In this document: positions 24,229-34,487 of the stretch, one piece after another
Layout: the number at the start of each line of letters is the position of its first letter
Numbering within the stretch: the stretch's first letter is position 1
Source: an uncultured Chloroflexia bacterium
GTDB taxonomy: Bacteria > Chloroflexota > Limnocylindria > Limnocylindrales > CSP1-4
Direction of reading: 5' to 3'
Length of the DNA stretch: 64,000 bases
Assembly (NCBI GenBank): GCA_963779315.1
Contig: CAVZXQ010000018.1
Span: 114,623-178,622 of the forward strand
Made by a program: the position numbers and the translations under genes
The notes under the pieces: generated by a model
Seen by the model: only the letters and a program-made list of their open reading frames with translations
Databases searched by the model: none
Told to the model about the DNA's origin: nothing

Positions 24229-24910
24229 GTGCACCTCCTCGTCGTCGAAGACGATCCTCGCCTCGGCCGTCTGCTCACCCGCATGCTGACCGCGGATCAC
24301 CACGTCGTGGACCTGGCGACGGACGGCCTCGAGGCCGTGGACCTGCTCGAGGCGAACCCCCGGTTCGAGGCGGTCATCCTCGACGTCGGGCCTCCCGGGC
24401 ATCGATGGGTTCGAAGTCGCTCGCCGTGTTCGCACGACCGGTTCGACCGTCCCGATCCTGATGCTCACCGCGCGCGACAGCCTGACCGACCGGGTCGACG
24501 GTCTCGACGCCGGAGCCGACGACTACCTGGTCAAGCCGTTCGCCTACGAGGAGCTCGTGGCACGGCTGCGGGCCATCCTCCGTCGCGTCGCGGGCTCGAC
24601 GGCCGAGCCTGGCCACCACCTCGTGGTCGGCCCGATCTCGCTCGACGAGTCACGGCGTTCGGTCACCGTGGACGGCGAGGCCGTGGACCTGTCGCCGCGC
24701 GAGTTCGCCCTGCTCGAATGCCTTCTGCGCCACCCCGGACACGCGCTGTCGCGGGACCAGCTGCTGGACATGGCCTGGCCCTTCGGTGTGGCGGTCACGC
24801 CCAACACCGTCGACGCGTTCGTGACGTTCCTGCGCCGCAAGCTCGGGCCGGTCGGCGCCGCCCGGATCCAGACCGTCCGCGGGGTGGGCTATCGGATGGT
24901 CGACGCATGA
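24229..24910 (+). CDS. OmpR-family response regulator; frame break near 24390.
   Basis: Contains the receiver domain MHLLVVEDDPRLGRLL...ILD and a winged-helix C-terminus ...TVRGVGYRMV. Confidence 0.75.
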
Positions 24911-26206
24911 CCCACGACGACGCCCTCCTCCGACGCGTTCGCCTGCGGCTCCTGGCCTGGAGTGGCGGGACCACGCTCGTCGTCCTGGTCACGCTCGGGG
25001 CGCTCCTCTACGCGGTGGCCGCGACATCCCTGGCGGCGGCCGGCGAGGATCAGTTGCGCGCCCGTGCGACCGACATGAAGACCGGACTTGCGTTCGCACG
25101 CCGCGCTTCCGATCGGCCCCATCGGCGCTGGCATCGTCGACGTCGGATCCGCACCTGGGATCGTGTTCGGTGGTCCGACATCCGGCACGATCGCGGTCGT
25201 CTGGGGTCCGGCGACGGGCGGTGGCATCGACGTCCCGGCGATCTCCATCGGCGCGGTGGCATTGCCGGAGGGAGTCGGGCTGGACCAGGCCAGATCCGGC
25301 ATCGAGACGGTCGCCACCACCGAACTGGACGGCACGCCGGTCCGGGTCCTGTCCACACCGGTCGCCCGTCCGGAGGGCACCTTCGTCATCCAGGTCGTCG
25401 GCGACCGGACCGCCGAGCTGCGCACCCTGACCATCCTGCTCGCCGTCCTGCTGGTCGGTGGGCTTGGTCGTACTGGCCGCGTCCCTCGCGGTCGGGTGGG
25501 TCTACGCCGATCGGGCGCTCGTGCCGATCCGCGACTCCATGCGTCGGCAGCGCGAGTTCGCGGCCGACGCGTCGCACGAACTTCGCACCCCGCTCACCAT
25601 CGTCCGCGGCTCCGTCGAGGACTTGCGCCGCAACGCCGACCAGCCGGTGTCCGAGGTCGGGAACGCGCTCGACGACATCGAATCGGAGGTCGACCGGATG
25701 CGCGCGCTCGTGGACGACCTGCTCCTCCTCGCCCGCACCGACTCCGGGGTCGTGGAGCTCGCGACGGAACCGATCGACCTGGCGGCGATCGCCCTCGATG
25801 CCGCCGACGGCCTTCACGCGGCCGCCGACCGGCGTGACGTCCGTATCGAGGTGGACGCCGAGCCGGTCCCGACGAGCGGTGACCCGGCGCGGCTTCGACA
25901 GCTCGTCACGATCCTCATCGACAACGCCATCCGGCACGCGCCGGCTACCTCGACCGTGCGGGTCGGCGTGACCGCGACGGGAGGCGCCGGTCACATCCGC
26001 GTGGAGGACGAGGTCCCGGCTTTCGGCCCGAGGACCTGCCGCACGTCTTCGACCGGTTCTGGCGGGCGCTGGATGCGCCATCAGGCGGGACCGGGCTGGG
26101 CCTGAGCATCGCCGCCTGGATCGCCGAGCGGCACGGCGGGTCCATCACGGCGGCGAACCGGCCGGATGGCGGCGCGCGGCTCGAGGTGGTCCTGCCGATC
26201 CGCTGA
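24907..26206 (+). CDS. Sensor histidine kinase; frame breaks.
   Basis: Has an N-terminal TM region. The H-box ADASHELRTPLT is present, and the ATPase domain ends ...GLGLSIAAWIAERHGGSITAANRPDGGARLEVVLP. Confidence 0.7.
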
Positions 26207-26282
26207 TGCGGATTTCATCCGCCTTTCAGGGTCGGCGCGTACAACTGGGTCATCAACGACACCCACTTGTGGAGACCGACTC

Positions 26283-26880
26283 GATGACCATCACACGCGT
26301 GCGCGCCGGCGCCGCCGGACTGCTCCTGATGACCGCCCTGGCCGCCTGCTGGCGGCTCCGCGTCGTCCGGGGTGGCGACCCTCAAGTCGCCGGGGACCGG
26401 CGCCGCGGGCGAGTCTCGCCGCTCCATCCGCGTCGCTCGACCCGGAGACGGCGCAGCTGGAGTTCGCGCGCTGCATGCGCGAGAACGGCGTCGACATGCC
26501 CGATCCGGTCGCCGGTGGAGGGCTCGGCGGAGGCGGGGCTGCCGTCCAGGTGGGTGGCGACGGCATCGATGCCGAAAAGATGCAGAAGGCCTTCGAGACC
26601 TGCGGGACGCTCCTCGGCGCGGGCGGTCCCGGAAACGGGATCGCGATCGATCCGGAGATGCAGGACAAGATGGTCGAGTTCGCCAAGTGCATGCGCGACA
26701 ACGGCGTGGACTTCCCCGATCCCGGGGCAGATGGTGGCGGCATGATCGCGATCGGGGGTCCGGGTGGGATCGATCCATCGTCCTCCGAGTTCCAGGCGGC
26801 CCAGGAGGCCTGCCAGTCCATCCTGGGCGACCTGGGCCCGACGGCTCAACGGCGGCCCCGGCGGCGGGACCCAGAGTGGT
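26283..26880 (+). CDS. Secreted lipoprotein with two tandem Cys-pair repeats; frame break in the signal region.
   Basis: The lipobox is LLLMTALAAC. The two repeats are ...EFARCMRENGVDMPDP... and ...EFAKCMRDNGVDFPDPG..., each ending C-x(2)-[IL]LG. Confidence 0.4.
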
Positions 26881-26899
26881 GGCGGCACGGTCACCGTCC

Positions 26900-28023
26900 C
26901 GGCTGCCCCGTGACGCGGCGATCGGTGGTCCGGGCCGGCGTCCTTGGCGTGATCCTCGTCGCTGCTGGCGTCACCGTCGGCGTCGTCACCGGGTCGTTGC
27001 CGCCGCGATGCATCGGCCGCGGACGGGTCGGTCGCCTCCGCGGCGCCGACCGCCGACCGGTACGACCGCCAACGGTGGCGAGTCGCACGATGACGGTCGG
27101 CGAGGACCTGGACGGAGTCCTCGGATACTGCGGGCGAGCGACGCGTCGTGAACAACCTGGCCGGGACGCTCACGAGCCTGCCGAAGATCGGGCCGGGTGC
27201 TCGCCCGCGGCGACCGCCTGTACGAGGTCGATGGGCGACGTCGCCCGATCCTGTTCTACGGTGCCCGCCCGGCGTGGCGAACGCTGGACGAGGACGCTGC
27301 CGACGGCCCCGACATCAAGCAGCTCGAGCAGAACCTCAAGGCGCTCGGCTACACCCGCAAGGGCGACAAGATCGATACGACGTGGGACGCCGACACGACC
27401 CGCGCCGTCAAGCGCTGGCAGAAGGCGACCGGCCAGACCGTCGACGGCATCGTCGAACTCGGCGAAGTCGTCTTCCTGCCCGGGCGCGATCCGGGTCACG
27501 GACCTCGCGGCGGAACTCGGTGCCGGCATCGGGCCCGGTACGCCGGTCCTGACCGGCACGACCGACGAACGTGTCGTGACCGTCGACCTGGCGGCGGACC
27601 GGACCGACATCGTGAAGGTCGGCGACGCCGTCACCATCGAGCTGGCCGACGGCTCGACGACGCCCGGCACGATCCGCGAGATCGGCACGGTCGCCGAAGG
27701 CGGGACCGACAGCTTCGGCAACGCCGTCCGACCCGACCGTGACGGTCACGATCGGCCTGGACGATCCGGCCGCCTCCGCTCGATACACCAACTCGCCGGT
27801 GACGGTGAAGATCGTGCGCGAGTCGCGAGCCGACGTCATGGCCGTGCCCGGTGGCCTCACTGCTGGCGGTCCTGGAGGGCGGCTATGCGGTGGAGGTCGT
27901 CGACGCCTCCGGAGCCACGCACCTGGTCGGTGTCGAGACGGGCATCTTCCAGGACGGCTGGGTGGAGGTCACCGCGCCGGGTGGTGAACTGTCGGTCGGC
28001 GATGAGATCGTGGTGCCGTCGTG
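26900..28023 (+). CDS. Efflux periplasmic adaptor (MacA/HlyD-like) with a peptidoglycan-binding domain; frame breaks.
   Basis: An N-terminal TM helix, a PG_binding_1-like segment ([47 protein letters not shown]) and a beta-barrel C-terminus ...GDEIVVPS, just upstream of the MacB-like ABC pair. Confidence 0.5.
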
Positions 28024-28707
28024 ACCGCGGTCGCGGAACTCCACGGGGTCGTGAAGCGATACCCGGGGGATCCGCCGGTCGAGGCCCTGCGAGGCGTGGA
28101 TCTCCACATCGAACAGGGTGAACTGCTTGGCATCGTCGGGCCGTCCGGTTCGGGCAAGTCCACGCTGCTTCACCTGCTGGGCACCCTGGACCGCCCGACA
28201 GAAGGGTCCGTCCGGATCGCCGGTCATGACATCGCGACGATGTCCGATCGCGACCTGTCCGCGCTCCGAGCCTGGCGGATCGGCTTCGTCTTCCAGTCGT
28301 TCTTCCTGCTCGGTGGGGAGAGCGCCATCGACAACGTCGCCGACGGGCTGCTGTACCGCGGCGTGCGGCCGAAGGAGCGACGGCGCGCCGCGGTGGCCGC
28401 GCTCGAACGGGTCGGCCTCGGGGATCGCCTCCGGCACCGGCCGGGGATGATGTCCGGCGGCGAGCGCCAGCGGGTCGCCATCGCTCGCGCGCTGGTGGGT
28501 CGTCCCGAGCTCGTCCTCGCCGACGAGCCCACCGGCAACCTGGACAGCGCCACCGGCGCCTCGATCCTGGCGCTGCTGCGGGAGCTCCACGAGGCGGACG
28601 GCACGACCATCTGCGTCATCACCCACGACCGCGACATCGCGGCGGGCCTGCCTCGAAGGATCGAGCTGCTTGACGGGCGCATCGAGCGCGCGGCGATCGC
28701 GGCATGA
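28021..28707 (+). CDS. ABC transporter ATP-binding protein (MacB/LolD-type).
   Basis: The Walker A motif [11 protein letters not shown], the signature [15 protein letters not shown] and the Walker B motif [12 protein letters not shown] are all present. Confidence 0.85.
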   Translation: MTAVAELHGVVKRYPGDPPVEALRGVDLHIEQGELLGIVGPSGSGKSTLLHLLGTLDRPTEGSVRIAGHDIATMSDRDLSALRAWRIGFVFQSFFLLGGESAIDNVADGLLYRGVRPKERRRAAVAALERVGLGDRLRHRPGMMSGGERQRVAIARALVGRPELVLADEPTGNLDSATGASILALLRELHEADGTTICVITHDRDIAAGLPRRIELLDGRIERAAIAA

Positions 28708-29944
28708 CGGCCGTGACCGCCCCCGCCGGCGACGCTGTCGACCGAGCCGGGCCCATCGCTGAGGTCGGGCCGGCTGGGTCCGGGCGACATCCTGCGGATC
28801 GCCTCGCGCGGCCTCCTGTCCCGTCGTCTGCGATCTGCGCTGACCGCGCTCGGCATCGCCATCGGGATCGCGGTCATGCTGGCCGTGCTCGGCATCGCCG
28901 AATCGAGTCGCGCGACCCTGCTCGCCGAACTCGACCGGATCGGATCGAACCTGCTCACCGTCACCGCGGGCCAGACGTTCCTGGGGGCGGACTCCGCCCT
29001 GCCGGACGAGGCGACCCGGATGATCGATCGGATCGGGCCGGTGGATTCGGCCACGGGCGTCTCCCAGACCACGGCCACGGTCCGTCGCACGGACCGGATC
29101 GACCCGCAGGAGACCGGCGGGATCGCCGTCCAGGCGACCGATCCGGGCCTGCTCGACGGCGTTGAGCGGGACGCTCGCCGCCGGCCGCTTCATCGATGAC
29201 GCGATCGGCGCCTACCCGGCGGTCGTGCTGGGTTCGGTGGCTGCCGAACGCCTCGGCATCGCCGACCTGGACGAACCGGTGATGGTCTGGATCGGCGATC
29301 GCTGGTGGCAGGTCGTCGGGATCATGGAGTCACTGCCGCTGGCGCCGGAACTGGATCGGTCGGCGTTGGTTGGGCGTGCCGCCGCCGAGTCGCTGCTGGA
29401 GGCGGACAGCGCCCCGTCCACCATCTACGTCCGCGCGGCCCCGGAACAGCTGGACGATGTCCGCTCCGTCCTCGCGGCTACGGCCGACCCGGAACACCCC
29501 GAAGCGGTCAACGTCAGCCGGCCATCGGACGCCATCGAGGCCAAGGCCGCCGCAGCTTCCGCGTTCACGACGCTCTTCCTCGGGCTCGCCGCCGTGGCCG
29601 TGCTCGTCGGGGCGCTGGGCATCGCCAACGTGATGCTGATGGCCGTCCTGGAGCGCCGCAACGAGATCGGTCTGCGCCGGGCCCTCGGCGCGACGCGCGG
29701 GCACATCGTCGGCCAGTTCCTGGCCGAGGCGATCCTCCTGGCCGGCCTCGGCGGGGTGGTGGGTGCGTTGCTCGGCTGTGCGGTCGCGGCCGCGTATGCG
29801 ACCAGCCAGGGCTGGCTCATCGCGTTGCCGGTCGCCGGGATCGTCGGGGGGGTCGTGGCGGCCACGCTCGTCGGGGCACTCGCGGGGTTCTACCCGGCGC
29901 TGCGGGCCGCGAACACGCCACCGACCGACGCGCTGCGCGCCTGA
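28704..29944 (+). CDS. ABC transporter permease, FtsX/MacB-type; frame breaks.
   Basis: TM1 is ...[16 protein letters not shown], followed by a periplasmic domain and a C-terminal four-TM FtsX domain ([26 protein letters not shown]). Confidence 0.75.
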
Positions 29945-29963
29945 GGTGGGCGCGGCTCCGCGC

Positions 29964-32092
29964 TCAGCCGCGCAGGTAGCGATCGAACCAGGCGAGCATC
30001 CGGGTCTGGCGGTCGATCCGCCGGTCCGGACGTCCCGCGTTGCCGTAGACGTGGGACTCGTTCGGGTAGAGGACGTATTCCACGGTCCGCTTCAGCTGGC
30101 GGAGCGCGATGAACAGCTGCTCGTTGTCGTGCGGCGGGCATTGCAGGTCCGCCTCTCCCTGCAGCATCAGCAGCGGGGTCCGGATCGTCGACACGTGGCG
30201 CAGGGGCGACTGGCGCCACAGGAGGTCCACGCCGGCAGGGCTCAGGGTATCGCCGAGCAGCGACGCGCGGTCGTACTCCGGCCCGGAGTCCGAGTTCGCC
30301 CAGTCCGAGACCTGGTTGGTCACGCCGTTCTCCGATACGGCCGCAACGAACCGGTCCGACGTCCCGACCAGCCAGTTGACCATGAATCCGCCGTACGACA
30401 GCCCAAGGACGCCGAGTCGGGTCGGGTCGGCGAGGCCAAGGGCGATGACGTGATCGAGGGCCGCGTGGACGTCGTCCGCATCCACGCCGCCCCAGTCGCC
30501 CAGCTGCGGTCGGATCCAGTCCCGGCCGTACGAAGCGGACCCCCGGATGTTCGGCAGGACCACCCGGTAGCCGGCGGCCACCAGCAGGATGACCTCGATG
30601 TGGGGGGCCGGCGCCCAGGCGCCGAGTGGACCGCCGTGGACGTCGACGACGGTGGGAAGAGGCCCGGAGCCGGCATCCGGCGGTGACGCGATCCAGGTCT
30701 CGATCGGTCCTCCGGGACCGGGTGCGTCCACGCGGGACATGACCGGCATCGGGTGGCGTCGCTGCCATGTGGAGCCGATCCTCGTCCGTATCCGGGGCGT
30801 TGCAGCCGGCGCCTCGGGAGCGGCGAGCGTGGACAGTTCCATCGCCCGGACCCCGTCCGTCCCGAGCCAGCTGATGGCGCCGGCCGCCGGGCCGTGGGTG
30901 GCCACCGCCAGGGAGTGGGTGGCGATGTCGCCGCCCACGAGGGTCTGGCGTGAGACCGGTCCGTCGATCCCGGCCGGGAGGCGGAAGGCCGTTGGATGTG
31001 ACCGGCCACGATCGGTGACCGTCGCGATGATCGTGTCCTGCGCCGGCCAGTAGGGTCCGGCCCGGCTCGAGACCATCCAGCCGGTGAGGTCCGTGTCCGC
31101 CCAGTGCCCGATGGGGCGGTCCAGGTCGGGGGTCAAGCGCGAGTGGTGGCCGGGCGTCGTGCCCGTCCGTCGGACCGACGATCAGTCCGGGGCTGAGGTC
31201 GTCGAGCGGCTCCGGCTCCAGCAGGCCGATCGCCACGATCCACCGTCCGTCCGGAGACCACGCCGGATGGTTCGCCCAGCCTGCGGGGGCGAGGACCTCG
31301 CGCGGTTCGTTGCCAGGATCGTCCTGGCGCGTCCACGTCGACCGCCCAGATCGTGGTCCGCGGGTGGAGGTCCGGGTCTGGACCGCGGGCCGAGGTGAAT
31401 GCCACGGTCCGCCCATCCGGACTCCAGGCGATGTCCGACACGCCCCAGTCGCCAGAGGTCACCTGGCGAGGCGTGGCGCCCGGGCGAGCCTCGACGACGA
31501 AGAGGTGCGACCAGCGATCGAGGTGCCCGATGCCATCCCAGCGCCAGTCCGTGCGGGTGATCCGCCGCGCGGTGGGCGAGGTGTCCTGATCCGTCAGCAC
31601 GTGGTGCCGACCCGCCGGCAGCACGTCGCCGACCAGGAAGCGCGGCGGGTCCACTTCGGCCGTGAACGCAAGACGCGTCCCGTCCGGCGACCAGGCCAAC
31701 TCGCTCGCGGACCCGAACGCACCCGCGCGGATCTCGTGGATCCGGCCGCCGGCCATCGGCATGAGGCAGACGCGGGGGATGGCCCATTCGTCGTCGGTCT
31801 GGTCACGGATGAACGCCACGTGCCTGGCGTCCGGGGAGATCCGGGGCCAGCCGTCGCGCACGCGGCCGCTCGTGAGCTGGTGCGGCGCGGCGCGCGAACC
31901 GGGCGCGGGCCGACCGCCACGCTGGCCGGGGCCGAGCGGCAGGCTGAACAGGTGGGTCTGGTAGCGATCACGCCGGATGATCCGTCTCGCGACCACCGCC
32001 ACGCTGCCATCCGCGGCCATGTCGTGCTCGTCCAGGACCACCTGGCGGCGGATGTCCGCCGGGGTCATGGGTCGTCGTTCGGTCACCGTCAC
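29964..32092 (-). CDS. S9-family serine peptidase (prolyl oligopeptidase/acylaminoacyl-peptidase type). It has an N-terminal PD40 propeller and a frame break near 31136.
   Basis: The propeller repeats are LAWSPDGTRLAFTA and IAWSPDGRTVAFTS. The C-terminal alpha/beta hydrolase has GLSYGGF with the nucleophile Ser. Confidence 0.75.
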
Positions 32093-32131
32093 AGCCTAGC
32101 GGTACCGGCGTCGATGGCGGCAGGGCGATGC

Positions 32132-32192
32132 GGCCCACGGGCCACCGTTCAGGGCTCACGCCGCGCGGCCCACGGGCCGCCGTTCAGGGGCC
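32132..32192. repeat. Direct repeat, two copies of cggcccacgggcc[ag]ccgttcaggg.
   Basis: Read directly from the sequence. Confidence 0.5.
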
Positions 32193-32230
32193 CCACCCAC
32201 GCCCAGGCCGCGTGCCCACAGGCCCAGACT

Positions 32231-32420
32231 TCGTGTGCACCACACGACCATTTGGACCACGATGGTCGTGCACCTTGGTCGTCGCGTGCATCGGGTGCAC
32301 CATCCGGCGAACCTGGACCCCATCCGTCGCCGTCCGGTGCACCGGATGCACCGACTGGACACGGAGATGGCCTTGCGTGTCCTAAATGGTCACCCGGTGC
32401 ACCAAGCGTCAACGGCCCGG
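32231..32420. repeat. GTGCAC-rich intergenic element, copy A; homologous copies at 42991-43205 and 55487-55640.
   Basis: Contains at least six GTGCAC(C) hexamers, the core ggtgcaccggatgcacc and the tail gcgtgtcctaaatggtcacc[ct]ggtgcacc. This tail is shared with copy B, and copy C has the related gtccgaaatgtgcgcctggtgcacc. Confidence 0.6.
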
Positions 32421-32421
32421 G

Positions 32422-32580
32422 GCGGCCGGCAGTCCGGCGGCCCGGCCCCGACGCCCCGGCGGCCGGCAGTCCGGCGGCCCGGCCCCGACGCCCCGGCGGC
32501 CGGCAGTCCGGCGGCCCGGCCCCGACGCCCGGCGGACCGGCCCCGGCCCCGACGCCCCGGCCCCGACGGCCCCGACGGCC
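32422..32580. repeat. Tandem repeat of a 37-bp unit, gcggccggcagtccggcggcccggccccgacgccccg, in three copies plus degenerate copies.
   Basis: Three exact or near-exact contiguous units lie at 32422-32532, followed by Pro/Gly-codon-like degenerate units. The block is bracketed by the short direct repeat gcgtcaacggccc. Confidence 0.7.
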
Positions 32581-32664
32581 CCGCTCGGCCCGCCCGTGCA
32601 CTGGCGTCAACGGCCCTCTCGACCGCCCGGCGACGGGCGCACGACAGGCGCGCTACGCTCACCC

Positions 32665-33661
32665 CATGACACCCGATCGACTCGTGATCGCGCCCGAGGT
32701 CGCCGGCGCCCTGCGTGACCGCGCCCCGGTCGTCGCCCTCGAATCCACGCTCATCAGCCACGGGCTGCCATACCCGCAGAACATCGAAGTGGCCAGCGCA
32801 TCCGAAGCGGCCGTCCGCGAGAGCGGCGCCGTCCCCGCGACCATTGCGATCCACGACGGACGCGTCCTGGTCGGGCTGGACGCGGCGGCGCTCGAAGCCC
32901 TCGCGACGGCACCGAAGGGGTCCGTCCGCAAGGCGGCGCGGCCAAGCTTCGCGATCGCCCTGGCCGAGGGTGGCTGGGCTGCAACGACCGTGTCGGCCAC
33001 GATGATCGCCGCCGAGGCGGCCGGCATCCGGGTCTTCGCCACGGGTGGGATCGGGGGCGTCCATCGCGGCGCGCTCGGGCGGTCGGCGCGAGCCGGCGGC
33101 CCCACCGCCGGCGGCTCCGGCGCCACTGGTGCAGATCGGCCGGCCACCCTCGACATCTCGTCCGACCTCCAGGAACTGGGGCGCACCGCCGTCGCCGTGG
33201 TCTGCGCCGGGCCGAAGGCCATCCTGGACGTCCCGGCCACGCTCGAGTACCTCGAAACGCACGGAGTCCCCGTGCTGGCCGTGGGTCAGGAGGACGTGCC
33301 GGGCTTCTATGCGCGATCGTCGGGGATCAAGGCGATGGCGTCCGTGCCGGACATCGGGGCCGCGGCGCGGTATGTCGCGCTCCACTTCTCGGCCGCCATC
33401 GGGGGTGGGGTCCTCGTCTGCACGCCGCCGCCGGAGGACGTGGCCATCCCGGAGGCGGAGGCGCGATCCGTCGTGGAGCAGGCCGTGCGCGAGGCCGACG
33501 AGGCCGGCATCGAAGGACCCGCGGTCACGCCGTGGCTGCTGCAACGGATCGCCGTCATGACCGACGGCCGATTCGTCAGGACCAACACCGCGCTGATCGT
33601 CAATGACGCCCGGGTCGCGGGCCGACTTGCCGCGAGCCTGGCGAGCCTCGCGGGCGCCTGA
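32665..33661 (+). CDS. psuG: Pseudouridine-5'-phosphate glycosidase (IndA/PsuG family); intact.
   Basis: Contains ALESTLISHGLPYPQN. The length of 332 aa is typical. Confidence 0.8.
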
Positions 33662-33666
33662 CGACG

Positions 33667-34482
33667 GTGGACCTCTACCTCATCAACCTCGGCGCGGTCG
33701 CGGCGTTGATGCTCACCCTGTGGGTGATCTCCGTCGCGATCCACGACGCCTCGATCGTGGATCCGTTCTGGGGCGTGGCGTTCGTGGTCATCGCCTGGAC
33801 CCAGTTCGCCACCTGGTTCTTCCTGTCCGGTCCGGCCTGCGATACCTCCCCGTGCCGCAGCTTCACGGACATCGGTGCGCTGCTGCCGGTCCTCGTGACG
33901 ATCTGGGGCCTGCGCCTGTCCATCCACCTTGGGCGGCGCAACCTAGGCAAGGGCGAGGACTTTCGCTACCAGGCGATGCGCCGGCGCTTCGGCCACCGGT
34001 TTCCCCTGATCAGCCTGTTCATCGTGTTCCTGCTGCAGGCCGGGCTGGCCTGGGTCGTCTCGCTGCCGGTCCAGGCCGGGATCCAGGGCTCTGCGGGCGC
34101 CTCGCTCGCCTCGCCGCTGGTCATCGCGGGCGTGGTCGGGTGGGCCATCGGCCTGGCGTTCGAGTCGGTCGGTGACTTCCAGCTCGCTCGTTTCAAGCGC
34201 GATCCGGCGAGCGAGGGGCAGGTGCTGGACAAGGGGCTGTGGCGCTACACCCGTCACCCCAACTACTTCGGCGACTTCCTGGTCTGGTGGGGGCTCTTCC
34301 TGATCGCGGCCGCCACCGGCGCGTGGTGGACGGTCATCGGGCCGGTGCTGATGTCCATCCTCCTGGTGCGCGTGTCCGGGGCCGGACTGCTCGAGAAGAC
34401 GATCGGTGAGCGACGACCCGGCTACGCCGAGTACGTCAGGCGCACCAGCGGCTTCATCCCGCGACCGCCGAAAGCGTCCTGA
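33667..34482 (+). CDS. DUF1295 or steroid-5-alpha-reductase-like membrane protein.
   Basis: Polytopic protein with YTRHPNYFGDFLVWWG near the C-terminus. Confidence 0.6.
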   Translation: MDLYLINLGAVAALMLTLWVISVAIHDASIVDPFWGVAFVVIAWTQFATWFFLSGPACDTSPCRSFTDIGALLPVLVTIWGLRLSIHLGRRNLGKGEDFRYQAMRRRFGHRFPLISLFIVFLLQAGLAWVVSLPVQAGIQGSAGASLASPLVIAGVVGWAIGLAFESVGDFQLARFKRDPASEGQVLDKGLWRYTRHPNYFGDFLVWWGLFLIAAATGAWWTVIGPVLMSILLVRVSGAGLLEKTIGERRPGYAEYVRRTSGFIPRPPKAS

Positions 34483-34487
34483 AGCGC

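Noticed and set aside
26166-28121. The single 651-aa ORF 26166..28121.
   Set aside because: It is a chimeric frame spanning the lipoprotein, the adaptor and the start of the ABC ATPase. The real genes are recovered by switching frames at homopolymer indels.
32422-32580. A possible CRISPR array.
   Set aside because: The 37-bp units are directly contiguous, with no spacers and no adjacent cas genes. This is a simple tandem repeat.
31310-33661. The 783-aa ORF 31310..33661.
   Set aside because: Only the last 332 aa (from 32665) form the PsuG protein. The upstream part runs antisense through the S9 peptidase and the repeat region.
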